64,000 nt of DNA from Deltaproteobacteria bacterium. Lineage in GTDB: Bacteria > Myxococcota_A > UBA9042 > DTJE01. The notes below the pieces were generated by a model. That model was not told the DNA's origin. It searched no databases and saw only the letters and a program-made list of their open reading frames with translations. The DNA is taken from the NCBI GenBank assembly GCA_029555025.1, contig JAKPTZ010000115.1, positions 24,898 through 88,897 of the forward strand, read 5' to 3'. Made by a program: the position numbers and the translations under genes. The stretch's first letter is position 1, and each line of letters begins with the position of its first letter. Below, one piece after another: positions 45,836 through 55,875 of the stretch.

Positions 45836-48800
45836 TTACTGGCAGGCGGCGACGCCCATTCCGGCGAAGTAGTTGTTGCCGTAGCTGGTCCACTGGAGGG
45901 CCGGGTCGAACACGTCGTTGATGATTGTATCCGGAACGCGCACGGATCTGCACAGGGTGTCGTCAGCCGTCGTAGGCCCAGGCGTTGTTCCCCATTCGGT
46001 TCCAGGGTCGAAGCCGACCTGCCCGAACGAGTCGATGACCTCGCCGTCGCAGCGCAGGACAACCGCGTCGTCCCCGTTGAACTGAAGCACGGTGCCGGCG
46101 ACCTGGTCGCAGTTCGGAAGCGCCGTCGCGTCCAGGCCGCTGTGGCAGACGACCCAGGTGTCCCCGGCCGCAAGTGACGATGCGGTCAGGTTGATCGTGT
46201 ATCCGACCGTTGAAGCCCCGTTCTGGTATCCGGTAATGGTGCAAGAGGTCAGGTCGGTTGCAACGGTGCCGATGTTCAGGATCTCGATGAACTTGTTGCT
46301 GCTGGAACCTTCCCCGTATTCGCTGAAGATCAACTGCGGCGGGGGCGTGCAGATGTCGGTTGTGGCGCATTCGGTTTCGTCGCAGTCGGATATGCCGTCG
46401 AGATCGTTGTCCAGGCCGTCGGAACAGCACGCATCGGTGGCCTTTTCATGTCCGTCCTGGTAACAGGCGTCCGAACATTCGTACGTTCCAAGTCCAAGAT
46501 AGTTGTCGGCCGCGAAGTGAATCCAGCCCGCTGTCGGAATGAAGGCATCGTCGCGCACCCTGTCGCCGACCGAAACATAGCATTCCCGACGCATGGTCGT
46601 GTCAACAGTGGTCTTCCCGGAGTCATCCCAGCCACCGGCGCCGGGATCGGTGCCGATCTGGCCGAATACGTCCATCAGGGAGTTTTCGCACCTAAGGACG
46701 ATCGTGTCGTTGCCGTTGACCGAGAAGAGGCCTGACAGGGCGTCGCAGTATGGCGCCAGCGCAAGGTCGGCGTCGTCGTCGCAAACGACCCATGTGTCGC
46801 GGTCATGCAATATTCCGTCACGCGCGATCGCCATCGCGTAAGCCATTTCCGATGTTCCGTCGGGGTATCCCTCGAGGACGCAATTGTTCAGCATCACGTC
46901 GCGTCCCGACAGGTTGGTGATTTCAATCGCATTGTTGACCCCGGTGCCTTCCACGTATTCGCTGATCACCAGGTTGGGGGCGTCGTTGGCGACAATCATC
47001 CGTCCAGCCTGGTTATCCTGGTCGAAGCCGGTGTCCGAACCGTCAAGGTCGCACAGGGTCCATGAACGGCCGCTGTCGGCGCTGAAACGGATGGCGAAGT
47101 CGTATTCGCCGGCAGTCGTCGGCAGGAAAAGGTTGTAGTAGTAAGTATCGGCGTCCTCGTACGGGGAATTGTTTCCCAGGCCGACGAATGCTGCCGTCCA
47201 GGACCATGTGTCGGGAGAACTGCCCTTCGGGCCATATCCGACTTCGGCCTTGACCGCTGGCGGGTTGTCGTTGCCTGTGGTCACATCCGTCATGCCCGCC
47301 TCGATGATCCAGCCGAAAACCTGGAAATAGGTTCCGGTCTGGGAGATGAACGGCGAGTCGGCCTTCAACTGGCAGAAATCAACCGGTTCCTGGCATACGG
47401 GATCGTCGTCGCAGTCGGAATCGTCGCAGTCGGTTACCCCGTCGTTGTCCTCGTCCGTGCCATCATCACAGTCGGTTTCCTCGGTCGGTTCGATGCAGTA
47501 AGGATCAGTCGCGCAGTCCGGGTCGTTGCAGTCGGTCTGGAGGTCGCCGTCGTTGTCCGCGTGGTCGTCGCATGCGGTTTCGACCCCGGCGGTCACAACG
47601 ATCGAACCGGTGGTCGCCGCCGAGTAGCCGTCGATGGTGCCGGCCGGTTCAAGATCCGCGTAAGTCCACGTGTCGCCGCCGTCGGTGCTGAAACGGAACG
47701 CGTAGTCGAAGGTTCCGACCGGAACGTCGTCGAAGGAAACCCCGTACCTGTCGTCCGAACCGTCAATGTCGTCGAAATAGACCGCGTCGTACCAGGACCA
47801 CAGGATATGTCCGTCGGGGTTGCTGCCGTCAGGGCCCCATCCACCCTGGGCCATCACTCCCAGGCCCTGGCCCGCGACGTTGGTGATGCCCTGCACGAAT
47901 ACCCTGCCGAAAAGTACTTCAGGGATCTCGGCGAAGACCCAGGCGCCGGTGCCGGGCATCATGACGGCCGCGTACCCGATGACCGGCGGCAGGCATTCGA
48001 CCGCCTCGTCGCAGTCGGGATCCATGCAGTCCTTCAGTCCGTCAAGATCGTCGTCATTCAGGTTGTCGCAACAGGTTTCCCTGCCACCCACATGGCATGC
48101 CTGGGCGCAGAGGTTTGAACCAAGATCCAGGAAGGAGTCCCGCGGGAAAGACCACCATTCGAGCCCGGGATCGAACTCGTTCGAAAGGTCGGTGTCCCCG
48201 AAGATTACATCACAATGACGGCGCAGGGTGTGTCCGACGCTGGTGACTTCGCCCGTTCCCCATCCCGAGGCGCCCGGGTTTTCCCCGCGCCGGCCGAACG
48301 AATCCATCAGCTTGTCTTCGCACGTCAGGCTGATTGTGTCGTTGCCGTTGAAATTCAAGAGGGATCTGAATTCGTCACAGTAAGGGGTAAGGTCGGTCGA
48401 GACCCCGGTCTGGCACATCACATAGGACGCCGCATCCTGAAGAACGCCGTCCTCGACATTGAAGATGGTCGATGGGCTGACCGCCCCGTCGGTGTAAATG
48501 GATATCGCGCAGTTCTCAAGGTTGAGGTCACGGCCGCTCAGGTTCAGCAACTCGATCGCCTTGTCGTTCCCCGTGCCGTCAACGTATTCGGTGATGAGCA
48601 CGATCGGATCCGACACGATTTCCAGCTTGCCGGCGTCCGCCACGTCGTATCCGTCGTCGGTTCCGTCAAGATCGCAGTACTTCCAGGAATATCCGCCGTC
48701 GGCCGAGAACCTGAAAGCCATATCGTAATGGCCTTCATCCGCGACCGGCACCACGAATGAATACCGGTAGCTGTCGGCGTCGTCCCTTCCGCTCAGGTTG

Positions 48801-51199
48801 CTTGCGGTCGGAGAAGCGTTGTCCCATGTCCAGTCGTTGCCGGGAATCGAGTCCGCCGGGCCGTAGCCGTACTGTCCAACCAGGCCGGCCGGGTTGTCGT
48901 TGCCGTTCGTGACATCGGTCTTGCCAGCGACGAAGACGTACCCGATGGCGTTGACCGTCATTCCCGTGGAACCGCGAACCATGGCCGGCTCGAAAGTCCT
49001 GCACCAGTCAACCGGAATGAAGCAGGTCTCGGTCGCCTTGCAATCCGGATCGTCGCAGTCGGCAAGGCCGTCACGATCCGAGTCAAAGGTGTTGGCGCAG
49101 CAGGTTTCCTTTTCGTTGGCATAGCAGTCGCCCTCACACAGCCGGAATCCGAATCCCTGCCACACATCCTGGGGAAGGGACATCCATTCCACGGCTTTGA
49201 AGGCCGTTGCCGCGGCGCCGGTGCCGGCGGTGACCGAGCAGTCACGACGCAGCGTGTGATTCAGGGTGGTCAGCGGCTCGATTCCCCAGCGGTCGCCTGG
49301 ATCCACGCCAATGACGCCGAAGACGTCCTGAACCGCTTCACCGCACTTGAGTTCGATTGCATCGTCACCGTTGAAGTTGAGCCGGCTTGAAAGCAGGTCG
49401 CAGAATACGGCGGAGCCGGCCGCAAGTGCATCGTGGCAGACTGTGAACATCGCGCCCGGGGCAAGATCAAGAGCCGGCAGCGTGATGACGCTGCTGGTCG
49501 TCAAGGCACCGTTGAAGAACACCGACACGGTGCATTCGCCCAGCGGTGCCGGGAAAGCCCCCGCGTTGATGATTTCGATTGCCTTGTTGTTGCCGGATCC
49601 TTCCATGTATTCCGAAATCAGCAGTTGGTGCGGCGGCTTGATGGTGATGCTTCCGGCATTTTCGGCCGCGTATCCGTTGTCGCTGCCATCGGTGTCGCAG
49701 TAAATCCACGTTGCGCCGTCGTCGCCCGATACCCTGAACGCGAAGTCGCGGGCCAGCGACATGTCGGTGATGGCCGGAACGGTCACGACACCGTTCCAGA
49801 TGTCCGAAGACGCATCGACCGCGTCCATGTCGGGGGTTGCCGGAAGCCAGTCACCCCAGGCGAATCCGGTCGGATCGCCAGCATCCGGCCCAATCCCATA
49901 CTGAACATGTACCTTTGGATGGGCATCGTATTTGTCCGTCGTGTCGGTGATTCCGGGCGCCGTCACCTTGACGACCGCGGTGAACGTGTCCCCGGAAGGT
50001 CCGGTATGGGTGGTTGGCGATTCAACGATGCAGGAAACATTATCGACCGGGCATACGAATTTGCAGGATTCCTCCTCGCAGTCGGTTTTGCCGTTTTCGT
50101 CGTTGTCCATCTCGTCTTCGCAGCACGTCTCGAACCGGGCAAGACAGGATCCTTCCATGCAGTAATCGCCGCCGGTGCAGTCGTTTCCGTCGTTGCAAAG
50201 GGAATCGACCAGGTTTTCGTGAACGCATCCGGTTTCCGTGTCGCAAAGATCGCTGGTGCATTCGTTGCCGTCGTCGCAATCAATGTCGGTTCCGGCAGAG
50301 CATGAACCGTTCAGGCAGAAATCGTTTTCGGTGCAGGCGTTTCCATCCTGGCAGGCCCCGTCGTTGAAGACCATCGTGCAACCGGCCTGGGCATCGCAGG
50401 CATTATCAGTGCAGACGTTGCCGTCATCGCACAGAAGCGCGTCCGGCACCCCGACGCATTCGCCGTCGGCGCATGAGTCGCCTGTCGTGCAATCGACGCC
50501 ATCCTGGCAGGGTTCGCCCTGGTGGATGCTGATGTTGATGCAGTCGCCGGTTTCAGGATCGCAGCCGACAGTCCGGCAGAAAAGGCCGAGGGTATCTTCG
50601 CAGACCGGGATGGTTTCTGCCGGAATGTGGCAGACAGAAGGTGTCACGGCCAGGTTGCACCTGTACGAACCGTTGCACTTGTTTTTGTCGTCGTACCACG
50701 CGCAGTCGCTGTCAGTGCTGCAGTTGCAGTTGTTCTGGCCCGGCTGGCAGACGTGATCCGCATCGCACTTGTCGTCTATGGTGCAAAGGTCGCCGTCCTC
50801 GCATGTCGCGTCCGCTTCAAGCCAGACACGAACACACGCGCACCGGTCGCAGGATGCCCTCTCACACAGGCCGAGGTCGTCGAACGCATCCTCGCATTCC
50901 TCATCCTGCGTGCATTCGCACACTTCGGGCATTTCAAGGGGGACATCGGTGACGCCCTCGTCCGGCACGTCCTGGACTGCATCGGGATCGATCGTTTCCT
51001 GGAAAATTTCTTCCCTGGGCTCGTCGCCGGTGTCCGGAATCAGGATTTCCGGCGCGGTGTCCAACTGGACATCCGGCATAACGTCATCACCCGGAAGTTC
51101 GGATACATCCGGCTGACCGCCGCCGCCGCCGCATGAAAGCAGCATTGAAGCAAGGATGAGCGCGGTGACTCTGGCTGTTGATTTCATCTGTTCCCCCAA
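45836..51199 (-). CDS. Giant (1787 aa) secreted lipoprotein with N-terminal myxo-type Cys repeats and four beta-sandwich + lamin-tail-domain-like modules
   Basis: Lipobox LLSCGGG. Four modules recur with motifs (F/Y)AFR(F/V)SxDxGxxW-YCDLDG-D followed by (L/V)I(S/T)EY(M/V)(E/D)GxGNxKAIE(I/L)xN. Acidic CCxDxxDNDxDGxxDCxDxDC linkers lie between modules. Confidence 0.68.
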   Translation of the reverse strand: MGEQMKSTARVTALILASMLLSCGGGGGQPDVSELPGDDVMPDVQLDTAPEILIPDTGDEPREEIFQETIDPDAVQDVPDEGVTDVPLEMPEVCECTQDEECEDAFDDLGLCERASCDRCACVRVWLEADATCEDGDLCTIDDKCDADHVCQPGQNNCNCSTDSDCAWYDDKNKCNGSYRCNLAVTPSVCHIPAETIPVCEDTLGLFCRTVGCDPETGDCINISIHQGEPCQDGVDCTTGDSCADGECVGVPDALLCDDGNVCTDNACDAQAGCTMVFNDGACQDGNACTENDFCLNGSCSAGTDIDCDDGNECTSDLCDTETGCVHENLVDSLCNDGNDCTGGDYCMEGSCLARFETCCEDEMDNDENGKTDCEEESCKFVCPVDNVSCIVESPTTHTGPSGDTFTAVVKVTAPGITDTTDKYDAHPKVHVQYGIGPDAGDPTGFAWGDWLPATPDMDAVDASSDIWNGVVTVPAITDMSLARDFAFRVSGDDGATWIYCDTDGSDNGYAAENAGSITIKPPHQLLISEYMEGSGNNKAIEIINAGAFPAPLGECTVSVFFNGALTTSSVITLPALDLAPGAMFTVCHDALAAGSAVFCDLLSSRLNFNGDDAIELKCGEAVQDVFGVIGVDPGDRWGIEPLTTLNHTLRRDCSVTAGTGAAATAFKAVEWMSLPQDVWQGFGFRLCEGDCYANEKETCCANTFDSDRDGLADCDDPDCKATETCFIPVDWCRTFEPAMVRGSTGMTVNAIGYVFVAGKTDVTNGNDNPAGLVGQYGYGPADSIPGNDWTWDNASPTASNLSGRDDADSYRYSFVVPVADEGHYDMAFRFSADGGYSWKYCDLDGTDDGYDVADAGKLEIVSDPIVLITEYVDGTGNDKAIELLNLSGRDLNLENCAISIYTDGAVSPSTIFNVEDGVLQDAASYVMCQTGVSTDLTPYCDEFRSLLNFNGNDTISLTCEDKLMDSFGRRGENPGASGWGTGEVTSVGHTLRRHCDVIFGDTDLSNEFDPGLEWWSFPRDSFLDLGSNLCAQACHVGGRETCCDNLNDDDLDGLKDCMDPDCDEAVECLPPVIGYAAVMMPGTGAWVFAEIPEVLFGRVFVQGITNVAGQGLGVMAQGGWGPDGSNPDGHILWSWYDAVYFDDIDGSDDRYGVSFDDVPVGTFDYAFRFSTDGGDTWTYADLEPAGTIDGYSAATTGSIVVTAGVETACDDHADNDGDLQTDCNDPDCATDPYCIEPTEETDCDDGTDEDNDGVTDCDDSDCDDDPVCQEPVDFCQLKADSPFISQTGTYFQVFGWIIEAGMTDVTTGNDNPPAVKAEVGYGPKGSSPDTWSWTAAFVGLGNNSPYEDADTYYYNLFLPTTAGEYDFAIRFSADSGRSWTLCDLDGSDTGFDQDNQAGRMIVANDAPNLVISEYVEGTGVNNAIEITNLSGRDVMLNNCVLEGYPDGTSEMAYAMAIARDGILHDRDTWVVCDDDADLALAPYCDALSGLFSVNGNDTIVLRCENSLMDVFGQIGTDPGAGGWDDSGKTTVDTTMRRECYVSVGDRVRDDAFIPTAGWIHFAADNYLGLGTYECSDACYQDGHEKATDACCSDGLDNDLDGISDCDETECATTDICTPPPQLIFSEYGEGSSSNKFIEILNIGTVATDLTSCTITGYQNGASTVGYTINLTASSLAAGDTWVVCHSGLDATALPNCDQVAGTVLQFNGDDAVVLRCDGEVIDSFGQVGFDPGTEWGTTPGPTTADDTLCRSVRVPDTIINDVFDPALQWTSYGNNYFAGMGVAACQ

Positions 51200-51318
51200 A
51201 AGATTTCCACAATGACCAGAGGATGATAACCCCGTGCACGCGCGCGTTCAACAACGGCGGGGAAAAATGCGTTGATCTCGGCAGGCTTGCGATACGGAAG
51301 TAGTTCGGGGTGAGCCGG

Positions 51319-51726
51319 TCAGCGCCTTCCCTGAAGTGCCCTGGAAGCAAGCCTGGTCACTGATTCCTCGGGATCCTCGGCCGCAAGCCTGGCAAGTTCG
51401 GCGCGTATCTGGGGAACATCGCGCAGCGGCCTCATGCAGCGGACGGCGAACATCCTTACCGCGACGGCCTCGTCCCTGGAAAGAACCTTCAGTATTCCGA
51501 TTTTTTCAAACAGGGGCTGTCTTTGAAGGATTTCACGCGCCTGGGCTGGGCGCTTGTCCGCCAGGGCGGCCGACACCCGATTCAGGGATTCGCCCTTGAA
51601 GCTGACGTGGAACATGGCGATGCGATCCAGGCTTGTCTCGTGCCACCAATAGACCGCGTATCCGGCCCCCGCGCAGATTGCGAAGAAAAGCAGGATCAAA
51701 GCCATCTGTCTGTTGCTGACCGTCAT
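51319..51726 (-). CDS. Hypothetical membrane-anchored protein
   Basis: An N-terminal TM (ALILLFFAICAGAGYAVYWW) and coding-like composition. It lies immediately upstream of, and co-directional with, the giant lipoprotein gene. Confidence 0.4.
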   Translation of the reverse strand: MTVSNRQMALILLFFAICAGAGYAVYWWHETSLDRIAMFHVSFKGESLNRVSAALADKRPAQAREILQRQPLFEKIGILKVLSRDEAVAVRMFAVRCMRPLRDVPQIRAELARLAAEDPEESVTRLASRALQGRR

Positions 51727-51860
51727 CCCAGCAGCCTCCGTCGGCGCGCGCATTATAGCAGCACGATGCGTTCGTGTTCAAATCACCGGTGCCGGTCAAA
51801 GGCGGTTGGGCGGTACGTCACTTTGTCATGATGTTCGATGTGCGTGCAGAATAGGTTGCC

Positions 51861-53255
51861 ATGATGCGCCCTTATTACAGCATTGCCGCGGTTTTTTTGA
51901 TGTTCCTGGCCGGGGCCGCGCATGCTTCCCAGAATCCGGGGTCCGACAAGTCGGCCAAATCCGGTTCGAGTGAATCCGAATGGGGTCGGCCCTTTGCCGA
52001 ACTCCAGTTTTCCGGGGTCGCCGGCGGCAGCCACGAATCATGGCGAGCCGGTTTTGACTTCGCGCTTTCCGGCGGCAGGGATGGTTTCGAGGTATCCGTA
52101 ATCGCGCCGATACGTTTCGATCCGGACGGCTTTCGGATGCGGGAATGGGATGAGCCGAACGACTTCGGCCGTCTTCTGTCCAGATTCGGCTGGACCGACA
52201 GAACCGGTCAATTCGATGTTTCCATCAAACCAGTCCAGAATTTCAACCTGGGCATGGGTAACCTTGTTTCCATGTTCAACGGAGTCATCGACGGGGATCA
52301 TTTCAGAACCGGAGTCAGCGCCAGACTTCACTGGGATGTTGCTGGCGGAGACCTGTTTCTTGACGGTGTCGCCGGGCCGTCCGTGATCGGCGGTCGGGTC
52401 TATTTCAGGCCGCTGTGGTTCGTCGATCGATCGGGACAGATCGGGCGGCTTGAGATCGGTGCTTCGTTTGCCGGCGATATCAACGCACCTTCAAACCTGG
52501 GAGCGTCCACCCCGGAAAACCCGACGTCATCGGTTCCCGGTCCGAACGGCCTGGTTGCGACCGACCCCTCGCCGTTGACCGCCTGGTCGATCGATGTTTC
52601 CTGGCCGGTTCGGCCGGCGCGGGCCATCCAGATAAAGCCCTGGGCGTCATGGTCAAGGATCGGATGGTCGGATGCATCCCACGTCGGCCTTGAACTCGCG
52701 TTCAACATCAGGTCGAAGGTCGTCCTTACCGTGACAGGCCGGTACGACTTCATGGAATCCGGGTTCGTGACCGGTTATTTCGACAATATCTACATGGCCG
52801 ATCGATACGACTTCAATGCCTTCAGGGACGCGGCGGAAGGTCCGGTGTCCAAGAGGGTAGTCACCGGGACATCACGTCCCGCGAGGCATGGGGGCGCATT
52901 TGGAGTGATGGTCGGCTGGGATCCCTGGCTGACGACGTGGATCGGTGCCGACGTCGATCAGTACGGGGCATTTTCCAGGATTCGCGCGGGCCTGACGGTC
53001 AAGGTGCCGGACAGGCTCCTTCTGACCGGAACCGTCTATGCAAGGGGATTCGGGATTGACGGCCGCCAGCGCCTGGCGGACAGGATCTTCTGTTCCGTGG
53101 CCGCCGACGTCACCGTCTGGAAGTACATCGGTGTGTTCGCCCTCTACTCCCGGGATCTGTTCGTTCCCGACTCCGGTTCCGATCGCTTCAGGTACGTTTC
53201 CGGAAATACCGGCCTGGCCGGAGTACGCTTTTCATTTGGACTGCTGAAGGATTGA
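51861..53255 (+). CDS. Secreted protein, possible outer-membrane beta-barrel
   Basis: Signal peptide MMRPYYSIAAVFLMFLAGAAHA and alternating amphipathic beta-strand-like segments. There is no recognisable catalytic motif. Confidence 0.45.
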   Translation: MMRPYYSIAAVFLMFLAGAAHASQNPGSDKSAKSGSSESEWGRPFAELQFSGVAGGSHESWRAGFDFALSGGRDGFEVSVIAPIRFDPDGFRMREWDEPNDFGRLLSRFGWTDRTGQFDVSIKPVQNFNLGMGNLVSMFNGVIDGDHFRTGVSARLHWDVAGGDLFLDGVAGPSVIGGRVYFRPLWFVDRSGQIGRLEIGASFAGDINAPSNLGASTPENPTSSVPGPNGLVATDPSPLTAWSIDVSWPVRPARAIQIKPWASWSRIGWSDASHVGLELAFNIRSKVVLTVTGRYDFMESGFVTGYFDNIYMADRYDFNAFRDAAEGPVSKRVVTGTSRPARHGGAFGVMVGWDPWLTTWIGADVDQYGAFSRIRAGLTVKVPDRLLLTGTVYARGFGIDGRQRLADRIFCSVAADVTVWKYIGVFALYSRDLFVPDSGSDRFRYVSGNTGLAGVRFSFGLLKD

Positions 53256-54989
53256 CGGCCATTCACCCCCGGCAGGCGCCCATTCCCAGATCTGGCGCCC
53301 GGCAATCTGGCGAACAAGCCGCAGACCGTCGGCGCGCGGCATTTTTCCAAGTTGCATCTCGCGTGGCCCGTAAAGAATCCACCTGATTCCGGCGTTGTTC
53401 AGGAAGCCGGCCGTCCGCGCCTCATCCGGTTCATCGGAATAAAACCAGCGCACAAGGGCGGCCTTTTCCTGATACCGCGTCGAAAGGAACCACTGGCCGA
53501 CAAACACAGGCTTCCCGGCTTTCCACGGAACAATCTGGGCATCGAAAGGGTCGCACAGGACCCCACCGTCCGGAAGCGTTTCAAGTTCCTTCAGGAGTGC
53601 AAGGTGATCCTTTCCGGCCCGCGCCGCCGTCCTTGTCGCCGTCGGGTTGACGTCCAGCACCAGCCCCGCGGCCGAATTCAGCGACGCCAGAACCACGAAG
53701 GCGGCAATGGCGCCGCCCGGCCATGAAGTCCGCCCGCCCGCCGCCTGCCGCCTTTGAACCAGGGCGAACAGTCCGGCAATCTGCAGGATCAGGAATGGAA
53801 CCAGGAACGAAAACTGAAATTTCACCCCGGTCACAAACGGGTTGGCCATCATCGCGAAACCGGTGACGAACCACAGCAGCAGCCATCGCATGACGTGGCG
53901 ATCAATCGTGTTGCGGCGCATCACCAACCCCAGCGGAAGCAGCATCCACGGTCCATAGACTATCGGATAGATTATCGGGGGATAGCCCAGCTTCCACAGA
54001 CCGGTCTGTGCGTTTGACGCCGCGACCACCGGATCCTGCTGGGACCAGGTGATGAAGACGGCCACCAGTGCCGGTCCGGCGAGCGCCGGCAAGTTGATGA
54101 ACAGCGACCTTTTAAGGCTGGTGCCCATCGGCGGAACGACCACCGCGACAGCGACCAGCAAGCCCCAGACGATTGCCGAATATGGGTGTATGAACCACAG
54201 TGCCGCGAACACCATTCCGCGAACCACTCCGGGCAGAAAATCGGCCGGTTTCGAGACGGTGTCCATGCTTCCGACTCGATGATCCCCGGTCTGCGCGCGA
54301 ATCCTGGCAAGCTCGGCCGATCTGTCGGCATTCTTCACCGCGGCCTGTTCAAGCCACCTGATTTCCAAAAGGATCATCAGGGTAATCAGTGTCATCGGGA
54401 TCGCCCAGACAAGGTTGGTCGAAGCCCAGAACACGCTGAAATTCCAGGGGTTGTCAATGAAATTGACCCAGTCCAGCCCGGTCGATGCCATCCTGTCCCG
54501 GAAGAATGGACGGACAAGCCAGTCCAGCCCGCCGGCAAAGAGAACAAATGCGTGGGCCGCGACGGCCTTCCTGCCTTCCTTGAAGACGGCCTGGACAAGT
54601 TTCCACAGCACCAGGCAGAAAGCGGCCAGAACCAGCAGCCGGAGTCCGTGCCATACAACCGGGTCGGGAAGGCCGGTGATGCCCCTGACCGCGCCCGCGA
54701 TAACCAGGCCGACCATCAGGAATCGTCCGTCCTGCCTGGCGGTGGTAAATAAATTTTTTGTCAGCAGCGACCCGTCGCGGGCGGTCTGGGTCGAATACAT
54801 CATATAGGCGAAATGGTCGGTCGGAAGATGCCTGAACCCCAGGAAGGATGAACTTGAATCGTGGGTTCCTGCAAGGGGGGCAGCGCAGATCCAGGCCTGG
54901 GCGATGATGAACGTGGCCGAAAGCGCCAGGGCGATATTACGGTACCGACGGGGAGAGGCCACTGTTACCCCCTGCCTGGTTTGCTGCAT
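53232..54989 (-). CDS. Polytopic inner-membrane protein (about 12 TM, possible GT-C-like glycosyltransferase or DUF membrane protein); start uncertain
   Basis: Many hydrophobic helices across the first 400 aa and a soluble C-terminal domain. The N-terminus overlaps the upstream lipoprotein gene under any ATG start. Confidence 0.5.
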   Translation of the reverse strand: MQQTRQGVTVASPRRYRNIALALSATFIIAQAWICAAPLAGTHDSSSSFLGFRHLPTDHFAYMMYSTQTARDGSLLTKNLFTTARQDGRFLMVGLVIAGAVRGITGLPDPVVWHGLRLLVLAAFCLVLWKLVQAVFKEGRKAVAAHAFVLFAGGLDWLVRPFFRDRMASTGLDWVNFIDNPWNFSVFWASTNLVWAIPMTLITLMILLEIRWLEQAAVKNADRSAELARIRAQTGDHRVGSMDTVSKPADFLPGVVRGMVFAALWFIHPYSAIVWGLLVAVAVVVPPMGTSLKRSLFINLPALAGPALVAVFITWSQQDPVVAASNAQTGLWKLGYPPIIYPIVYGPWMLLPLGLVMRRNTIDRHVMRWLLLWFVTGFAMMANPFVTGVKFQFSFLVPFLILQIAGLFALVQRRQAAGGRTSWPGGAIAAFVVLASLNSAAGLVLDVNPTATRTAARAGKDHLALLKELETLPDGGVLCDPFDAQIVPWKAGKPVFVGQWFLSTRYQEKAALVRWFYSDEPDEARTAGFLNNAGIRWILYGPREMQLGKMPRADGLRLVRQIAGRQIWEWAPAGGEWPSILQQSK

Positions 54990-55875
54990 CGGTGCCGGTC
55001 GGTTCGGTCGAACCGGAATCGAGGCCCGAAAGTATTTCGTCCGCAGCATCCTGGTTGCCAATCTGGTTCAGAAGATCGCTCAGGTCGCGAATCCAGGCCT
55101 GGTGCCTGATCCCCCAGCTTCCGGCCCTCAGGGAATCCGCCGCGGCTTTCGCAATCTCAAGCGCGGAGTCCTCGTCCTCGTCGGCTTCCCAGAGGCCCCT
55201 GGCAAGATAAATCCGGTTCGGCGGATAATCGGGAAACTGCTCGACTGCCTTGCGAAGCATCTCGATTCCCTTTTCGGGATCGCCGATTCCGGCCGGCCAC
55301 GGCGGCGCCTTGATCAGGAGGTAACCCATGGTCCGCAGGGGCCCGCCGCTGTCGAGTTCCGGCGCCTCGCGCACGGCCCTGCCAAGGTGGCGCTGAAGTC
55401 TTCCCAGATACTTCATTGCGGTCAGAATGCTGTCACGAACCGCGATTCCAAGGTTGATCGAGTAGTAATACGATGTCGCAGGGTCGATGGCCAGTCCTGT
55501 TCCCATCGAGTATTCGGCCCACGCGACGCCTTCCCAGGCAAGCGACTTCCTGCGTTCGTCACCGGCTGCCCCCGCCGGGCTGGATTCCGCAAGGAGGCTG
55601 CAAATCCGGGATGCCGTCAGCGCCTCGTGCGCACGGGGCTGCCTTTCGGGCGGCTGCATGTTCCTGACTGCCTGCAGGGCGCAACGCAACTGATCCTGGC
55701 CTGCCGTCAACGGATCCGTCCTGTCACGGGTCAGTGCTTCTTCGTTCCCGGGACAATCGTCCGGAAGATCAAGTTTGAAAAGGTTGCCTTTGTAGGCCGG
55801 GCTGCAGCCGGCGAGGAAAAGAACCGTGACGGAGAAGATGAACAGAACGGCGTGCCTTCCGGGAGCTATTTCCAC
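54937..55875 (-). CDS. Lipoprotein with TPR-like helical repeats
   Basis: Lipobox VLFLAGCSP. The remainder is helical and repeat-like. Confidence 0.5.
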   Translation of the reverse strand: MEIAPGRHAVLFIFSVTVLFLAGCSPAYKGNLFKLDLPDDCPGNEEALTRDRTDPLTAGQDQLRCALQAVRNMQPPERQPRAHEALTASRICSLLAESSPAGAAGDERRKSLAWEGVAWAEYSMGTGLAIDPATSYYYSINLGIAVRDSILTAMKYLGRLQRHLGRAVREAPELDSGGPLRTMGYLLIKAPPWPAGIGDPEKGIEMLRKAVEQFPDYPPNRIYLARGLWEADEDEDSALEIAKAAADSLRAGSWGIRHQAWIRDLSDLLNQIGNQDAADEILSGLDSGSTEPTGTDAANQAGGNSGLSPSVP

